Below, piece by piece: positions 11,614 through 23,890 of a stretch of 64,000 nucleotides of DNA (positions are counted from its first letter, which is position 1; each line of letters opens with the position of its first letter). A program made the position numbers and the translations under genes. The notes under the pieces were generated by a model, which was not told the origin of the DNA, searched no databases, and saw only the letters and a program-made list of their open reading frames with translations. The stretch comes from Callorhinchus milii (lineage: Eukaryota): contig NW_024704742.1 of the NCBI RefSeq assembly GCF_018977255.1, positions 92,630,001 to 92,694,000 on the forward strand, in the 5' to 3' direction.

Positions 11614-12130
11614 CAACAACAACAAGATTCCATTTATAGAGCGTCTTTCACGTCGGGAGGACGTCCCAAGGCGCTGGACAGTTGGGTCGGGATCCGAGCA
11701 GGGGGGAAATGGTCAGGGTGAGGGGAGGGAAGGGAGGGAGCGAGGAGGGGGTAGAGAGTCGAGAGGGGAGCTGAAGGCACGGTCAAAGAGAAAGGTCTTG
11801 AGACCGGCCTTGAAGGAGGAAAGGGAGGAGGCAAGGCAAAGGCACTGGGGGATAGAGTTCCAGAGCCTCGGGGCTGAAAGGCTGAAGGTCCGGGCACCAA
11901 TGGTAGGGCGGTTGGGGCGGGGGATGTGGAGCAGACCAGAGCCAGAGGAACGGAGGGTACGGGCAGGTAGGTAGGAGATAGTAGATCGGAGAGGTAGGAG
12001 AGGGCAAGGCCGTGAATGGCCTTGTAGGTGAGGATGAGGATCTTGAATTCGATCCTCTGGGGGATGGGGAGCCAGTGGAGGCGAGCGAGGGTGGGAGTGA
12101 TGTGGTCCCGAAGCCTGGAGCAGGTTGGAG
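11614..12130 (-). mobile_element. Young 5'-truncated L2 LINE
   Basis: Minus frame PARTLRSSGSGLLHIPRPNRPTIGARTFSLSAPRLWNSIPQCLCLASSLSSFKAGLKTFLFDRAFS; CpGs retained; (CAA)n tail on the + strand. Confidence 0.92.
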
Positions 12131-12301
12131 CGGGGGCAGAGGGGGGAGGAGCAAATGGTTGAGGATTGGGGGGTCAAGGGGTCGAAGGCATATTCAAAGA
12201 TATGGGTATTTAGATGGGTTTTGAAAACTGAAAGGGGGGGGTAAGGTGGAAGAATTTTTGGAAGACAGTTCTAGAGGATGGAGGGCAAAGTAGCTTAAAG
12301 C

Positions 12302-13220
12302 TTACGATACGAAGATAGGTGGGAGAGTAAACTGTGAGGATGACACACGAAGAATGCAAAGGGAAATAGACAGGCTAGGTGAGTGGGTAAGAAGGTGGTA
12401 GATGGAGTATAACTTGGGGAAGTGTGAAGTTATTCACCTAGGTATTAAAATAGAAAAGCGGATTATTTTCTAGAGGGGGAAGAGACTAGGTAGTGTTAGT
12501 GTTCAGAGGGATTTGGGTGTCCTTGTATACCAGTCACAAAAAGTTAGTTTGCAGGCACAGCAAGCAACTAGGAAGGCTAATGCCATGTTGGCGTTCGTTG
12601 CAAAAGGGTTAGAGTACAAGAGTAGGGAAGTCTTGCTGCAGTTGTATAAGGCCTTGGTGAGACCCCACCTAGAATATTGTATGCAGTTTTGGTTTCCATA
12701 TTTAAGGACATACTCGCCTTAGAGGGGGTGCAGAGTAGATTCAATAGGTTGGTTCCTGGGATGAGGGGATTTACCTGTGAGGATAAGTTGAGTAACTAGG
12801 CCTATATTCTCTAGAATATAGAAGAATTAGAGGTGATCTTATAGAAACCTATAAGATTCTTAAGGGTCTTAACAGGGTAGATGCCATGAGACTGTTTCTC
12901 CTGGTTGGAGAATCTAAAACTAGGAGTCATAGTCTCAAGATTAAGGGTCAGCCTTTTCGAACTGAGTTGAAACATTTCTTCACTCAAACGGTAGTGGATT
13001 TGTGGAAATCTCTACCCCAGAAGGCTGTGGATGTTCAGTCCTTGAACAGATTCAAGACTGAGGTTGATAGATTTCTAAAGGATAGAGGGATTAAGGGATA
13101 TGGGGATAGGGCGGGTAAATGGAATTAGGTTAGAAGATCAGTCATAATCTTATTAAATGGCGGGGCAGGCTCGAGGGGCCGAATGGCCTACTCCTGCTCC
13201 TACGCCTTATGGACTTATGA
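12302..13220 (+). mobile_element. 5'-truncated CR1-clade LINE (RT C-terminus and 3' UTR), frameshifted, inserted in an older L2 remnant
   Basis: ORF pieces KANAMLAFVAKGLEYKSREVLLQLYKALVRPHLEYCMQFW and TRSHSLKIKG...FFTQTVVDLWKSLPQKAV...FKTEVDRFL; 3' UTR ggctcgaggggccgaatggcctactcctgctcct. Confidence 0.93.
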
Positions 13221-13742
13221 GCCCAAAGGGGAGGGGTGGGGGGCATGAAGCAGGCCAGAGCTGGTGTAGCACAGTTAGTGGCCAGGGGAGTAATTCAGCC
13301 ACAATTCTCGCTAGTATCCAGTGATCCTGCCTGAAAGTGTACCTTTGTTGTTGATGTTTGAGAAAAGCTTCAGGGTTAGTCTGCTAACACCCGCTTCTCG
13401 GACTCACTGAGGAACATGGTTACTTGGCGTATCTCAGTCAGTGTCAGCTCAGGAGAGTTTTATTAGCATTGTCGGTGGTATTAATGTGTATTCTGTATAA
13501 TCCATAGAACTTTAAAAACAAAATAAAAACATGCTCCGGAAAACCGATTTTAAATTATTTAAGTGCTGTATGTTTTGCAGCAAATGAATAATTTAGTTAT
13601 TCAGATTTGGAACTTTGATAGCTTAAATTTAAAACGTATCCATAAATCAGGATCAGGTTTTAAACAGATTGACTAACTTACTAACTGATTGATTTAGCCT
13701 TAGTTTCAAGTACCTTGTTGCATGCCACATAAACTGTAAAAG

Positions 13743-13893
13743 CATTGGTGGCCAACCTTTATGGTAGGCCAACAAAATAAATTTGCTTGATTGAATATTT
13801 CTTGAGTTATGCTATAAATGTTCAGGGGGAGCGCTGCTTGTCAACGGCCCCATGGTTCACTTCCGGCTGCGGGAAAAAGGTTGGCCACCACTG
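13743..13893. mobile_element. hAT-type MITE (151 bp)
   Basis: TIRs cattggtggccaaccttt / aaaggttggccaccactg (1 mismatch); degenerate flanking duplication ctgtaaaag / ctcttaaag. Confidence 0.7.
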
Positions 13894-14008
13894 CTCTTAA
13901 AGGGAGAATAGTGACGAGGAGGAAGCAGATCAGTTAGCAGTCATTGGTTTCCTGAGCTTTCTAGTACCAAAAATTCTTGAGTGGTTGTGGCTGACAAACT
14001 GGCTTCTT

Positions 14009-14285
14009 AATAATAATGATAATCCTTGCATTTGATATATCGCCTTATCATGTCTTTGAGAAGTCCCAAAAGACTTCACAGAATATACTGGAAAGTGAAT
14101 TGACTGTATATTTTTGCACGCTTTGTGCTTGTGGCTACGCCAATTTTACCTGGGGGTGGTTGCCCAAGGCACTGGGAGAAGCCCCTTTCTCTTTTCAAGT
14201 AGTTTCATGGAATCTTTGTTTAAAGTCTCATCCGAAAGCGAGCCCCACCGACAGCGCACTGTGCACTGGAGTGTTAGCCTAGACT
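14009..14285 (-). mobile_element. Truncated SINE tail (14009-14115) plus old DeuSINE fragment (14150-14285)
   Basis: aataatgataatccttgcatttgatat...gtgaattgactgtatattt, then ctcatccgaaag...gacagcgcactgtgcactggagtgttagcctaga. Confidence 0.75.
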
Positions 14286-17231
14286 TTTTTCAGAGCAAGC
14301 TGCTGATATGCGCTCCTTTTATCTTCCTCCTTTACATCTAATGTACTATCAGTAGTAATACAGTAGTTCCTAATCGCATCTCGCATAATCGTCCTCGATT
14401 ATATTGAAACCAGTTGTTACTTTATTCAGCTTTTTTTAATGTTAACATTTTTTCTGAGATTCTCTGACGTTCGGACCAATTTTACTTTGTTTACTAAATA
14501 AATTTGCAACTTGCGACCATTGCCTTCAATATACTGATCCTGTAGGCCTACGCATGTTTGTTAATAGAGTTTTTTTCCTGTCGTGTTCCTGATTAAATTG
14601 CTGGGACTGCCTGAGGGTGAGGAGTTGCAGGCAACAAACACACTCAGCACAGATGAGTTGTATCACAGGTACAGGCACGAAGCAGACCTAATGTGCCTCA
14701 GTTATATTTTGGGTTGTGTACAGTTGGGGTTTTCTCTGAATTCAGGTCCACCGTCAGATTGTCCATAAGTAAAGTTCAATGTATAGTGGTTCAAAAATGG
14801 AACACTGTTTGCAAACCAAAGAATTTTAAATTTAATCAGTGAATGTTTTTATTGCTTGCAGTGTTCTTTTTCGTGATTTTTTAAAAAAAACTGTGTGGTC
14901 ACAGAGGAGGTACCTTCTCACCACCAGAGAGTTGGGTTTGATGTTGGCAAGATCATTGCGATTTAACGGAAGCAATGAGTAGGGTACTGCATTCAATATT
15001 TAATCTGTCAATCATTCTATGGATCTGGTTCCTTCTTTCAGATTAACCTTCTATTTGTATTCCAACTAACTGAAGTTGTCCATGGCATGTGTTGGTCAGG
15101 AAATTGTACTGTGGGATAGGGACCTCTCCCAAGATTGCCCTTGTTCAATCCGTTGGCTGTGTGTGTGTGAGAGATATAATCAGGACATTAGTGCAGAATT
15201 CAGGATCTAACTGTCGAGTTCCTAATGCCAGTTTTCTATACTTTTCTATACAGATTTACTTTACTTTGTATAGATGGGACCATATCATTTCATGTAAAGT
15301 TTGCCTTTCAGCATATTGATAAATTGCTGTATTGTAGAATGGATCCCTTAATGCATTCATTATCTTCTTCCTCCAACAGAGCAGAGTTTCTGAGCAAAAC
15401 ACCGGTGCTTGAGTTTAAGAAGGTGGGTAAGATTTTAAGTACTCTGTGTGGATTTTTTTTAACACACAAAGTGCGTTTTGAAAGATGTTTGCAGAATTCT
15501 AGGTATTTTGTGTGTGTGTGTGCAGTACGGTTGAGATGTAAGGGGAATGTTGTGTAATGCATGTATATCATCGAGACTGTGGATCTAGTTCCTTTCTTCG
15601 GGCTGTTCTGAAGCCATTAAACTCAGCAGCAGAGCCACTCCCGCGCAGAAAGAGGGCATGTGATACAGTGAGGATTCCTAAATAATTATTTTGTAATGGA
15701 AGAACTCCCACTAGAAATAGAGAAAAGTAACACTAACAAAAAAAATGACATTGATTACACCAAGGCCCCCAAAACATCCTGTTTTATCTGAATTTAAAAG
15801 AAACAAATCAGTGTGGTCAACATTTCGGTTTAGCTTGCAGCAGTGCTGTCCGTTAAAGCCATGTGGCCTCAGTGCTATTATAATAAAACTCACACAAGTC
15901 TTGTCTCTATAAATCTTATAATCTTCTAAGTTGTACATCACCCAAGTCCCATTCAGTTTCCTACCTAAAACCACTGAAATCACTTTGGACTAGTCGTATT
16001 TCATGAAGCAAATCATCTCCCAACTTGTAACGCCGCTACTACACTTATCAGCTGCGCTGGCTACGCATGCGCTGTGTAGATTATTGATGAAATCCCATTT
16101 TATACGACTTGAAGTATAAGTTGTATTAAATGTTATGGTTCAGACTGATACGACTTATGTGAGTTTACTGAATAAAACTTGTGGTGGATGCACGAGTGAC
16201 TTGGTTTGTTAAACTGTTAGAGGAACTTAAATAGAGGCCACAGGCAAGCAGAAGCATTTATGTGGAGTATGGGATCCTGTTGTAGCCTATGCAGTTGGGT
16301 AGACCTGCTATGTGGATTCACATTTTTGAGCTGTGATGCAGAGATGAAGCGATGTGGAGGTATCAGAGGCCGAAGAACGTCAAGAGAAAGTTGCCTTACC
16401 ACTGAACTTTGGAGTCTTGCCTGCGCTCTGATAATTTTGCCACACTCAGTTCTGTGTGGAACACGCCTGTTGTGATTGCTGTGCTCGAATTGGCTGCCAG
16501 GTTTGCCTAAGATGCACATTGTCAACGCACTTTGCAGTATATCCTTGAACCACTTTGAGATGTCTCCAAAAAGTACCGAAAGAATTCCATGTGGCCAAAC
16601 TGTGTAACATGAACATGTAAAAGCTAGAGCTGCATTAAAGTCATTACTGGGACAGCATCGCTCTCCATTTAACATCACAATCATGCTGAGATAGAAAAGC
16701 AGCATGAATCAGCAGGATCTGCTGTTTCATGGTGCTTTTCTAATGCTTTTTGCTTAATGCTTTAATTTGGTAAATGCATGTTGAGGACAGCTATCGTACT
16801 TTACAGTGTTATTGTACAATGGGGCTGACCAAAGTTTTAAGAACACAATGGATTGAAAAGGCCCAATTTCCTGGAAATGGGTACAAATGAGCCATTATTA
16901 TGTTAAGCAATGTGCTCTCAAGGAACGTGAGAAGTGCACTTTGATTGCTCCCGGGTATTGCAAATTGCTGTGATCTGCCAGCCCCTGGGGACCGTGGAAT
17001 TGGAACTCACTTGTATTGACTAAATCACTTCCACAGTTGGACACCGATGGCCAATTGGGTGTCAGATTACCAATGGATTGCTTGAACCATCATTTAGATG
17101 TTTATCTCTTTCACTCTTTATTTCTTTGAAATTAAAGCCTCTCGTGACAGTTGCTTAGAGTTGAATCTAAGTCCATTCCACTTAAAAAATACACTCGGAT
17201 AAATAATTTTTCCTTTTTTTAGCAAATGTTT

Positions 17232-17387
17232 ACATTTCATTTAAATCAAATATACTCAATAGACAAGGGAACATTAGTTGGCCCATTTCAGTCTCGACTC
17301 CACTGTGGCACATTTCATTTAAATCACATATACTCAATAGACAAGGGAACATTAGTTGGCCCATTTCAGTCTCGAATCCACTGTGGC
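17232..17387. repeat. 78-bp tandem duplication (2 copies, 2 mismatches)
   Basis: acatttcatttaaatca(a/c)atatactcaatagacaagggaacattagttggcccatttcagtctcga(c/a)tccactgtggc at 17232-17309 and 17310-17387. Confidence 0.95.
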
Positions 17388-18177
17388 TGGCCGCGTAGCG
17401 ATGTATATCAAAACATTACGAAATTTGATCCTAGGTCTGCGGGTTATTACAGTCATGTGAAGGTTCCTTATCATGACTACTAGTTTTATGATCAGTCATA
17501 CAATATAGCTAAATTGTGGAACATGGGAATAGATGTTTGTGGATTGTACATTTGGGTGCAGTTTGTTGAAGTGATTAAAAGCAGGTTCGTGTTTTTGGAC
17601 TTGTTGGACAAATGGTGAAATACATACACTTTAATGTCGCAGTAATATCGTGACTCCTTTAGGTATTTTCATAAAGCAATTGATTTTTGGTCGCTCACTG
17701 TCCACTGTCCCACTGTCCTCACGTATCCATGTCCTGTGAGGCTGCTGGCAGACACATGCAAATGTACTTACAGCTGACAGATGGGAGGCTTCTGGTTTCA
17801 CTTACTAATGCTTGAATTTTGTATTGAGCTTTATCAGGTTGAAATTTCTCAAAGTTCTTTTCACAGTGAGTTACTTTGGAGTGTAGTGAGAAGATCAACT
17901 GATCTCTGCCAGCAAAGTCCTGCAAACAGTAATAAATTGAATTACCAGATGTACTGTTAAATAATAATGAACCTATCATTTGATATAGTGCCTCTCATTT
18001 GATATAGTGCCTTTCACATTTGGAGGATGATTCAAAAGAGTTTCACAGGTTTTACTGTAAAGTGCAGTGACCATATCCACCATCAGTGGGTGAGCTTTTA
18101 GCTTTTCTACCCCCTGTCTCTGATACTCCTTTCTGGAGTCCCTGCGACTCCCCCTGTGCTTAGTGTTTCAAAGCAAC

Positions 18178-18498
18178 AATAATAATCCTTGCATTTGATA
18201 TAGCGCTTTTCACGTCGGGAGGACGTCCCAAAGCGCTTCACAGAACACACTGTAAAATGAATTGACTGTATATTTGTGGGCGAACGCGGCAGCCAATTGC
18301 GCACAGCAATGTCCCACAAACAGTCGTAGATTGAAAATGACCAATTTTTTAATTATTGTTTTGGTTTTTTTTTGGAGGGATTATTATTAGGCGTGTGGAG
18401 TAAGGAAACTTGCCCAAGGTTTCGCCCTGTCTGGAATTGAACTCAGGTCTATCACTTGCAAAGCGAGTGCTCTATCCACTGAGCTACAGGACTCCACA
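18178..18498 (-). mobile_element. Full-length young DeuSINE, short form
   Basis: Reverse complement of the 33551-33860 type from (AAT)n tail to gagctacaggactccac. Confidence 0.95.
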
Positions 18499-20394
18499 AG
18501 CATTTGAAATCAAGTACTCTGTGGGGTTGGTGATATAATCTGTGTCAAGTGTAGATATGCTCAAATATTGAGTTTTGACACAGTGACTTTTGAGCATATT
18601 GCACTACAGAACTGTTTGTAATCACTTGTAACGTCAAATGCCTGCAGGGTTTGTGGAAGTGAAAGTGCTCATGTGTTTCATCTCTCGGTTAATTTGTTTG
18701 AGATAGTCGCCTTTGTATATCCACCAGAAGCATGACGTGATCTGTACAGCTATCATACTAGCGGTTATTCAAAAAGAGAAGAGGGCCTTTCTCCTGGTCA
18801 GTCGTCTCATGGCTGTTCTTGGGACATTGCTGAGTGGAAAGAAAAAGCTGCTGTGTTGGTCTGCAAAAAATTGCTTCAATAGTTGACATTCATTGCTTTA
18901 CATAGTGCCCTTCATGTGGAATAGTGTCTCGCCAGAGTGCTTAACAGTGGAGGAGCTTGACTCTGAGCAGGAGAGAAGGGGCAGGTGACTTTAGGCATGG
19001 TTTAAGAGGATAGTCTTCAGGTGTGATCTGAAGACTGACAAGGAGGGGCAAGTCGGAGGGATTGAGGCAGAGAGTTCCAGAGTCTTGGCTCGTAAAATGC
19101 TTTATAAGACATCCTGATGTGAATGGGGTTCTGTAAAAGTGAAGGTTCTTTCTTCCTTCCCGGCTACATCTGAAATCCCCAAGTCAGGCTTGAAGTCCAC
19201 TCCTTGTCAACCGGGCGCGGAGGAGATCCATCTTGGTTACAGAATGCAATGCTTCCCCCGTGAGGCATTTGGTTCTCGCTGTTTGTCTCAGGAGAGGAAA
19301 CAATTAAAGACAGAGGAAAAGAAAAGTTCCATTTTTAATACCCTTATGTCAGGTTGAAATGAATTGAAAATGACTCACAATTACTATCATGTTCAGTACT
19401 AATATCAGCACTTGCAGTTTGAAATGTGCCTTCAATGAAGAATCCACATAGTCTACGACAGATCTTTTCATTGTAACAAGGGGTTAGTTTTTGAAGGCTA
19501 AAATCACAGTCAATTTTACACCAGCCAGTTTCGTACTCGCAAGGTCCACAGACGTCTATGGGGGAAATCCCATACTTTGGACTGTCGTTGTCACATCGTT
19601 GAGACATCTCAAGCTCTTCACAGGATATATTCTAAAGTGGATTGACTGTGTATTTGTGGGCGAAACAGCATCGACACATACAATGGAAGCCAAACAAAGC
19701 AAGCAGGCAAATTCTGGACAATGCAAAACCAGAGTTATAACAATAAGCAGTCAAGGCATGAACATGAAATTCGCAGCAAACTGACAGTCATTAGAACCTT
19801 TGGCAGTAGGAAAGTTCAGATTGGTATCATTGCAGGTGAGCTGCTTGCTGTACTCAAGAGCACTTGGTGTATATAAGCCTTACATTCCATTATAGCGCCT
19901 TATCATGTCTCCGAACCACTTCAAAGCTCTTCACAGAATGTACTGTGAATTAATTGTATATTTTGTGGGCAAAACGTAGCAGCCAGTTGCGCACAGCATT
20001 GTCCCACAAACAGTCATGGATTGAGTGACCATATTATTATTGATATTATAGAGCGTGAAAGGCGCTCTATAAATGGAATCTTGTTGTTGTTGTTGATATA
20101 TTTTTTGAAGGATTTATTACCCTAAGTATGCCAATGATTTGTATTTAGTGAACTCAGAAAAAATTCACAATGGAAGAGGAGCAGTTGGCATCCTCAGGTT
20201 CCCGAGTCCTTTATCACCACCACGTTGGTTATGTGGTATTAATTGAGGGAAGAAGATGGTTTTAGGTTCTCAAGTTGTTGTTAATAATAACAATAATCCT
20301 TGCATCTGATATAGCTCTTTGACATATCTTCGAGATGTCTCGAAATGCGTTACAGGATATGCTGTAAAGTGGATTAATAAAATTATTAATAAAA

Positions 20395-20735
20395 TTATAG
20401 AATTTTACAGCACAAAGCTGGCCATTCGGCCCATCGTGCCTGTGCCAGCTCTTTGAAAGAACTACCAACTTGTTGCACTCCCCCGCTCTTACTAAGGCTA
20501 ATTCCCTTTTGAAAGCTATTTTCAAATCTGTTTCCACCATTCTTTCAGGCAGTGCAGTCCAGACTCTCTGGGTAAAAAATGTTTCCTCGTCTCCCCTCTG
20601 GTTATTTACCAATTATCTTAAATCTGTGTCCTCAGGTTACAAACCCACCCACTAGAGGAAACAGATTCTCCCTATCTACTCTTATTAAAACCCCTCATCA
20701 TTTTGAACACCTCTATTAAATCCCTCAAAAACAAA
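20395..20735 (-). mobile_element. CR1 LINE 3' fragment
   Basis: Minus frame FFTQRVWTALPERMVE...AFKREL; 3' UTR ggccattcggcccatcgtgcctgtgccagctc. Confidence 0.85.
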
Positions 20736-20759
20736 GGAGAAAAAAACAAGTGGATTTAC

Positions 20760-20950
20760 TCTATATTTAGTGAAAACACAGCAGTGTCACAACAAACAGC
20801 AAAGGAGTGAGTGACCAATTTTATTTGGGGTATTGTTGGCCAGGACACTAAGCGAAACTCCCTTCTCTTTTAAAATAGTGCCATGGGATCTTTAACGTCC
20901 ACCTGAACAGGCAGACAGGACCTCAGTTTAACGTGTCATCCGCAGGATGG
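20760..20950 (-). mobile_element. Old SacSINE1-like DeuSINE fragment
   Basis: ttggccaggacac...aaactcccttctcttttaaaatagtgccatgggatctttaacgtccacctgaacaggcagacagg. Confidence 0.8.
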
Positions 20951-22104
20951 AATGCCAGAATTCCCAGATAATACCAGCAATGAGCCACTTGATTAATCAG
21001 TCTGTGTGATCTGGGACTGAAGGACTAATTAGAATAGACGTCTGTTTACGCCAGTTGGCTTTTATATATAATCTGCATTTACATTAGGTTTAGGATTTCA
21101 GTAGAACTTAAAGCCTATCTAGATGGAGAAAAGGAAGAACAATGATATTGGTTAAATTGGGTTCCTCTGAAAACTAATTTTAATCAGATTTGTTTGGATT
21201 GTATCTATTACCTATACCTTTTTTATCCTCCTGAATTTTTACCCTTATTCCCCAGTGTAACTAAACTTGAAAATATTGCAGTTGGCTGCTTTAAAGTAAT
21301 ATATTTTATGAATACACATTTCCAAAAGCTCAAGTTCCAAAATAATTTTTCAAAAAACGTTTCCAAAAAAAAGGTCACTTGAAATTTGAGGCTTATATTT
21401 AAGGTTTGTTTTTTAAGGATTTCAGAAGCGTTGGGTGTTGCCCTTCCTTTCTAATTGCAGAAGATTTAGAATAATAAAAAACAGTTTGGAGTGACTCTGG
21501 CCTTTTGTGTTAGTGGAAAAACTCTTGCAGGACTTTTATTTGATTTGTTGACCATAATGCTAAATTATGTACTTTGAACACTACGTTTAAAGCTAGTCTG
21601 TCGGAATGAATTCTGCATTCAGTTCTGAGGTACAGCAATTGATTACAGAGTATCAAACGATTTGCATTCTTCAGTATAGCAATTGTTTCATTGATATATT
21701 TTTGTAGAGGCAGGGTGTCACTATTTTTTGTGCTTTCCTTTAAAGTTCTGATCGTAAAACTAGACTTGTGGAACCCAAGTGAAGTGTGTATTCTCAGCTT
21801 CAAATCTTTGTTTGTGTCTTGTAAAAATTATTGAAAGAGTCCTGGCATTTTAAGTCTGGCGTTGAGATTCCTTCATCGTGATTAGGATAATGTCAAAATG
21901 TGGTAAGCACTTTAAAACTACATTATATACAACTCTTAGAATGGACAATTTGAGATTATAAGGGGAACTGCCTAGCCTGACTGGAGCCTGGCTGGCCAAA
22001 ACAAACAAATGTTCACAGATATACAGATGTGTTGCTTAGTTTTCTGAGATCAAATGCTGTTCATTTAAAAAATATTTTCAGAAAATTAACTTATTGTGTG
22101 GTGT

Positions 22105-22832
22105 CTTAGGTTCAGTTGGTGGCTTTCTCGCCACGGATTTGGCAGGTTGTGGATTCAAGCCGCTCGTGGGGTTTTTGAGCCCAGAGTCTTATCTTGGCTG
22201 ACGCTCCAGCCCAGTGCTGAGGGAGGGTTGTATTGCAGTAAGGATCAGACTAATATAAAATCCCATCCACCTGTTCAGGTGGACTTTAAACATCCCATAG
22301 CACTTTTCAAAAGAGAAGGGAGTTTCCAGGGTGACTGCAGGACATCACTTCTCTATAGTACAAGGCTACCTTGTTCCAACGTGATAGTCTGAGTTTATGA
22401 GCTCAGACCCCGTTTTTTCCCCCCCCATGTTATAACAACAAAATTACATTTGTATAGCGCCTTTCATGTCGGGAGGACATCCCAAGGTGCTAAAGCAAAG
22501 CATTGAAAAAAATGGATGACCTCTGCATCGCCAGGTTGCTGTTGCATCCTTCCCTGTGCGCAAAGTTCAGGAAACGCCACGGATGTCACTTCCTCTGTGT
22601 ATTTTGTTTGGTGATTCAAATGTCTTGTCGTGACGTCTTTAAAGATAACAATCACAGGGACACTAATTGAAAAGAGAAGGGACTTTCTCCTGATGTCCTG
22701 GCCAACAATCTCGCAAATAAAATTGGGCGATCACTTCATGGCTGTTTGTGAGACATCGCTGTGCTTAAATTGGCACTTTGAGACGGCTCAGTGATGTGAT
22801 AATGCGCTATATCCAGTGCAAGGATTATTATT
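22105..22832 (+). mobile_element. Old DeuSINE split into 22105-22330 and 22665-22832 by intervening sequence that includes an L2 tail (22435-22490, minus)
   Basis: ggctgacgctccagcccagtgctgaggga...cctgttcaggtggactttaaacatccc; the element resumes at aaagagaagggactttctcctgatgtcctggccaac with Deu core and tail. Confidence 0.7.
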
Positions 22833-23724
22833 ATGAGCTGCCTCAGTGTTCGATTGTTCCACCTTATACTGCGATCTGTTCAGGGAACAAATGCTAAGAA
22901 TCCCCCCTTTGAGATGATTTTCAAGCCTCTTTATGGTTCAGTTTTCCGATTTACAGAAAAAAGGGGTTAATTGAGATATCAACGCCAGGGTCCAGGTTGA
23001 GGTCACAACTGCATATAACACATTGGTGGGTACGCAGTGAACCATAACATTCCTGTTTATAAAATGTAACCTTTGTTCTGACCCTGATTTGGCTACAGCT
23101 TTGCTTTATTATTTTTTCAAAGAGGAACATTGCTAGGATAAATTATCACTTCCAGTAGTTCAATAAAAAAAATTCTGCCTCTAAGTAGTAGCCTCTCCTG
23201 GACAAGTGCCCCCTTAGCTCTGAAACTTGGAATAAAACCATTTGTCCTTCCAGTTCCAGATGCTGAACTAGTGATGTGATCAATGTAAAAATTCAGGTCT
23301 GCTTGTATAGCCGAATGCTGCCAAAGTTTTGAACAGTTAATGCCAGCTAAACATCTCTTTCCCCCTGACTGCTGAGAACTTGACATAACTGAATTAACAA
23401 ACACAGGAATAAAACAAACGAGGGTACTTCTGACATTGAATCTGATTTTTTTTTAACAAGGCAAACTTGAATACATTTTTTTAAAAGATACGTTTTTCTG
23501 ACTGTGGTGCATCTTTTTATTATTGATTCTTTTCCTTCAGCCTATTCCTCTACTCCCCCACTGTTCATAAACAAGTCAAGTCCTGGACATTATTGAACAA
23601 TAACCTACTGATGGTGATCTTAACCTATGTTTAGAAAATGGTTTTGGACCTCATAAGTCACCGACCAATTGGTTCACTGAAGTCCTCCATTAAGGGGCCC
23701 AGCCACGTGGAGGGGCTCATTCAC

Positions 23725-23890
23725 TGTAAAGACCCCAGGTTCAATCACTCCTACCTTAGCTGATCTTAGCTGGAAGGCTAATGTTGGGCTTGGTGCCTCG
23801 GGTTAGGGAGGGAAAATCTATTTGGGTCTTTTGATCCGACACAGGTGGGGATGCTTAGCTGTAGATACCAGGTGAGGACCGGATCAGTCA
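23725..23890 (+). mobile_element. Ancient SINE-like repeat (second old family; related copies about 46940-47075 + and 57155-57340 -)
   Basis: Shared motifs: B-box-like ccaggttcaatc / ggttcgaatccc, tagctgatcttagct, gggttagggagggaaaa, ggtgaggaccggatc. Confidence 0.5.

Noticed and set aside
12302..13128. Functional reverse transcriptase gene
   Set aside because: 5'-truncated CR1 with stops and frameshifts. The same applies to the L2 pieces at 5377-5739, 49296-49730 and 55660-56263.
16217..16705. 162-aa minus-strand ORF
   Set aside because: Overlaps a decayed DeuSINE-like core (about 16450-16570); no domain similarity or splice support.
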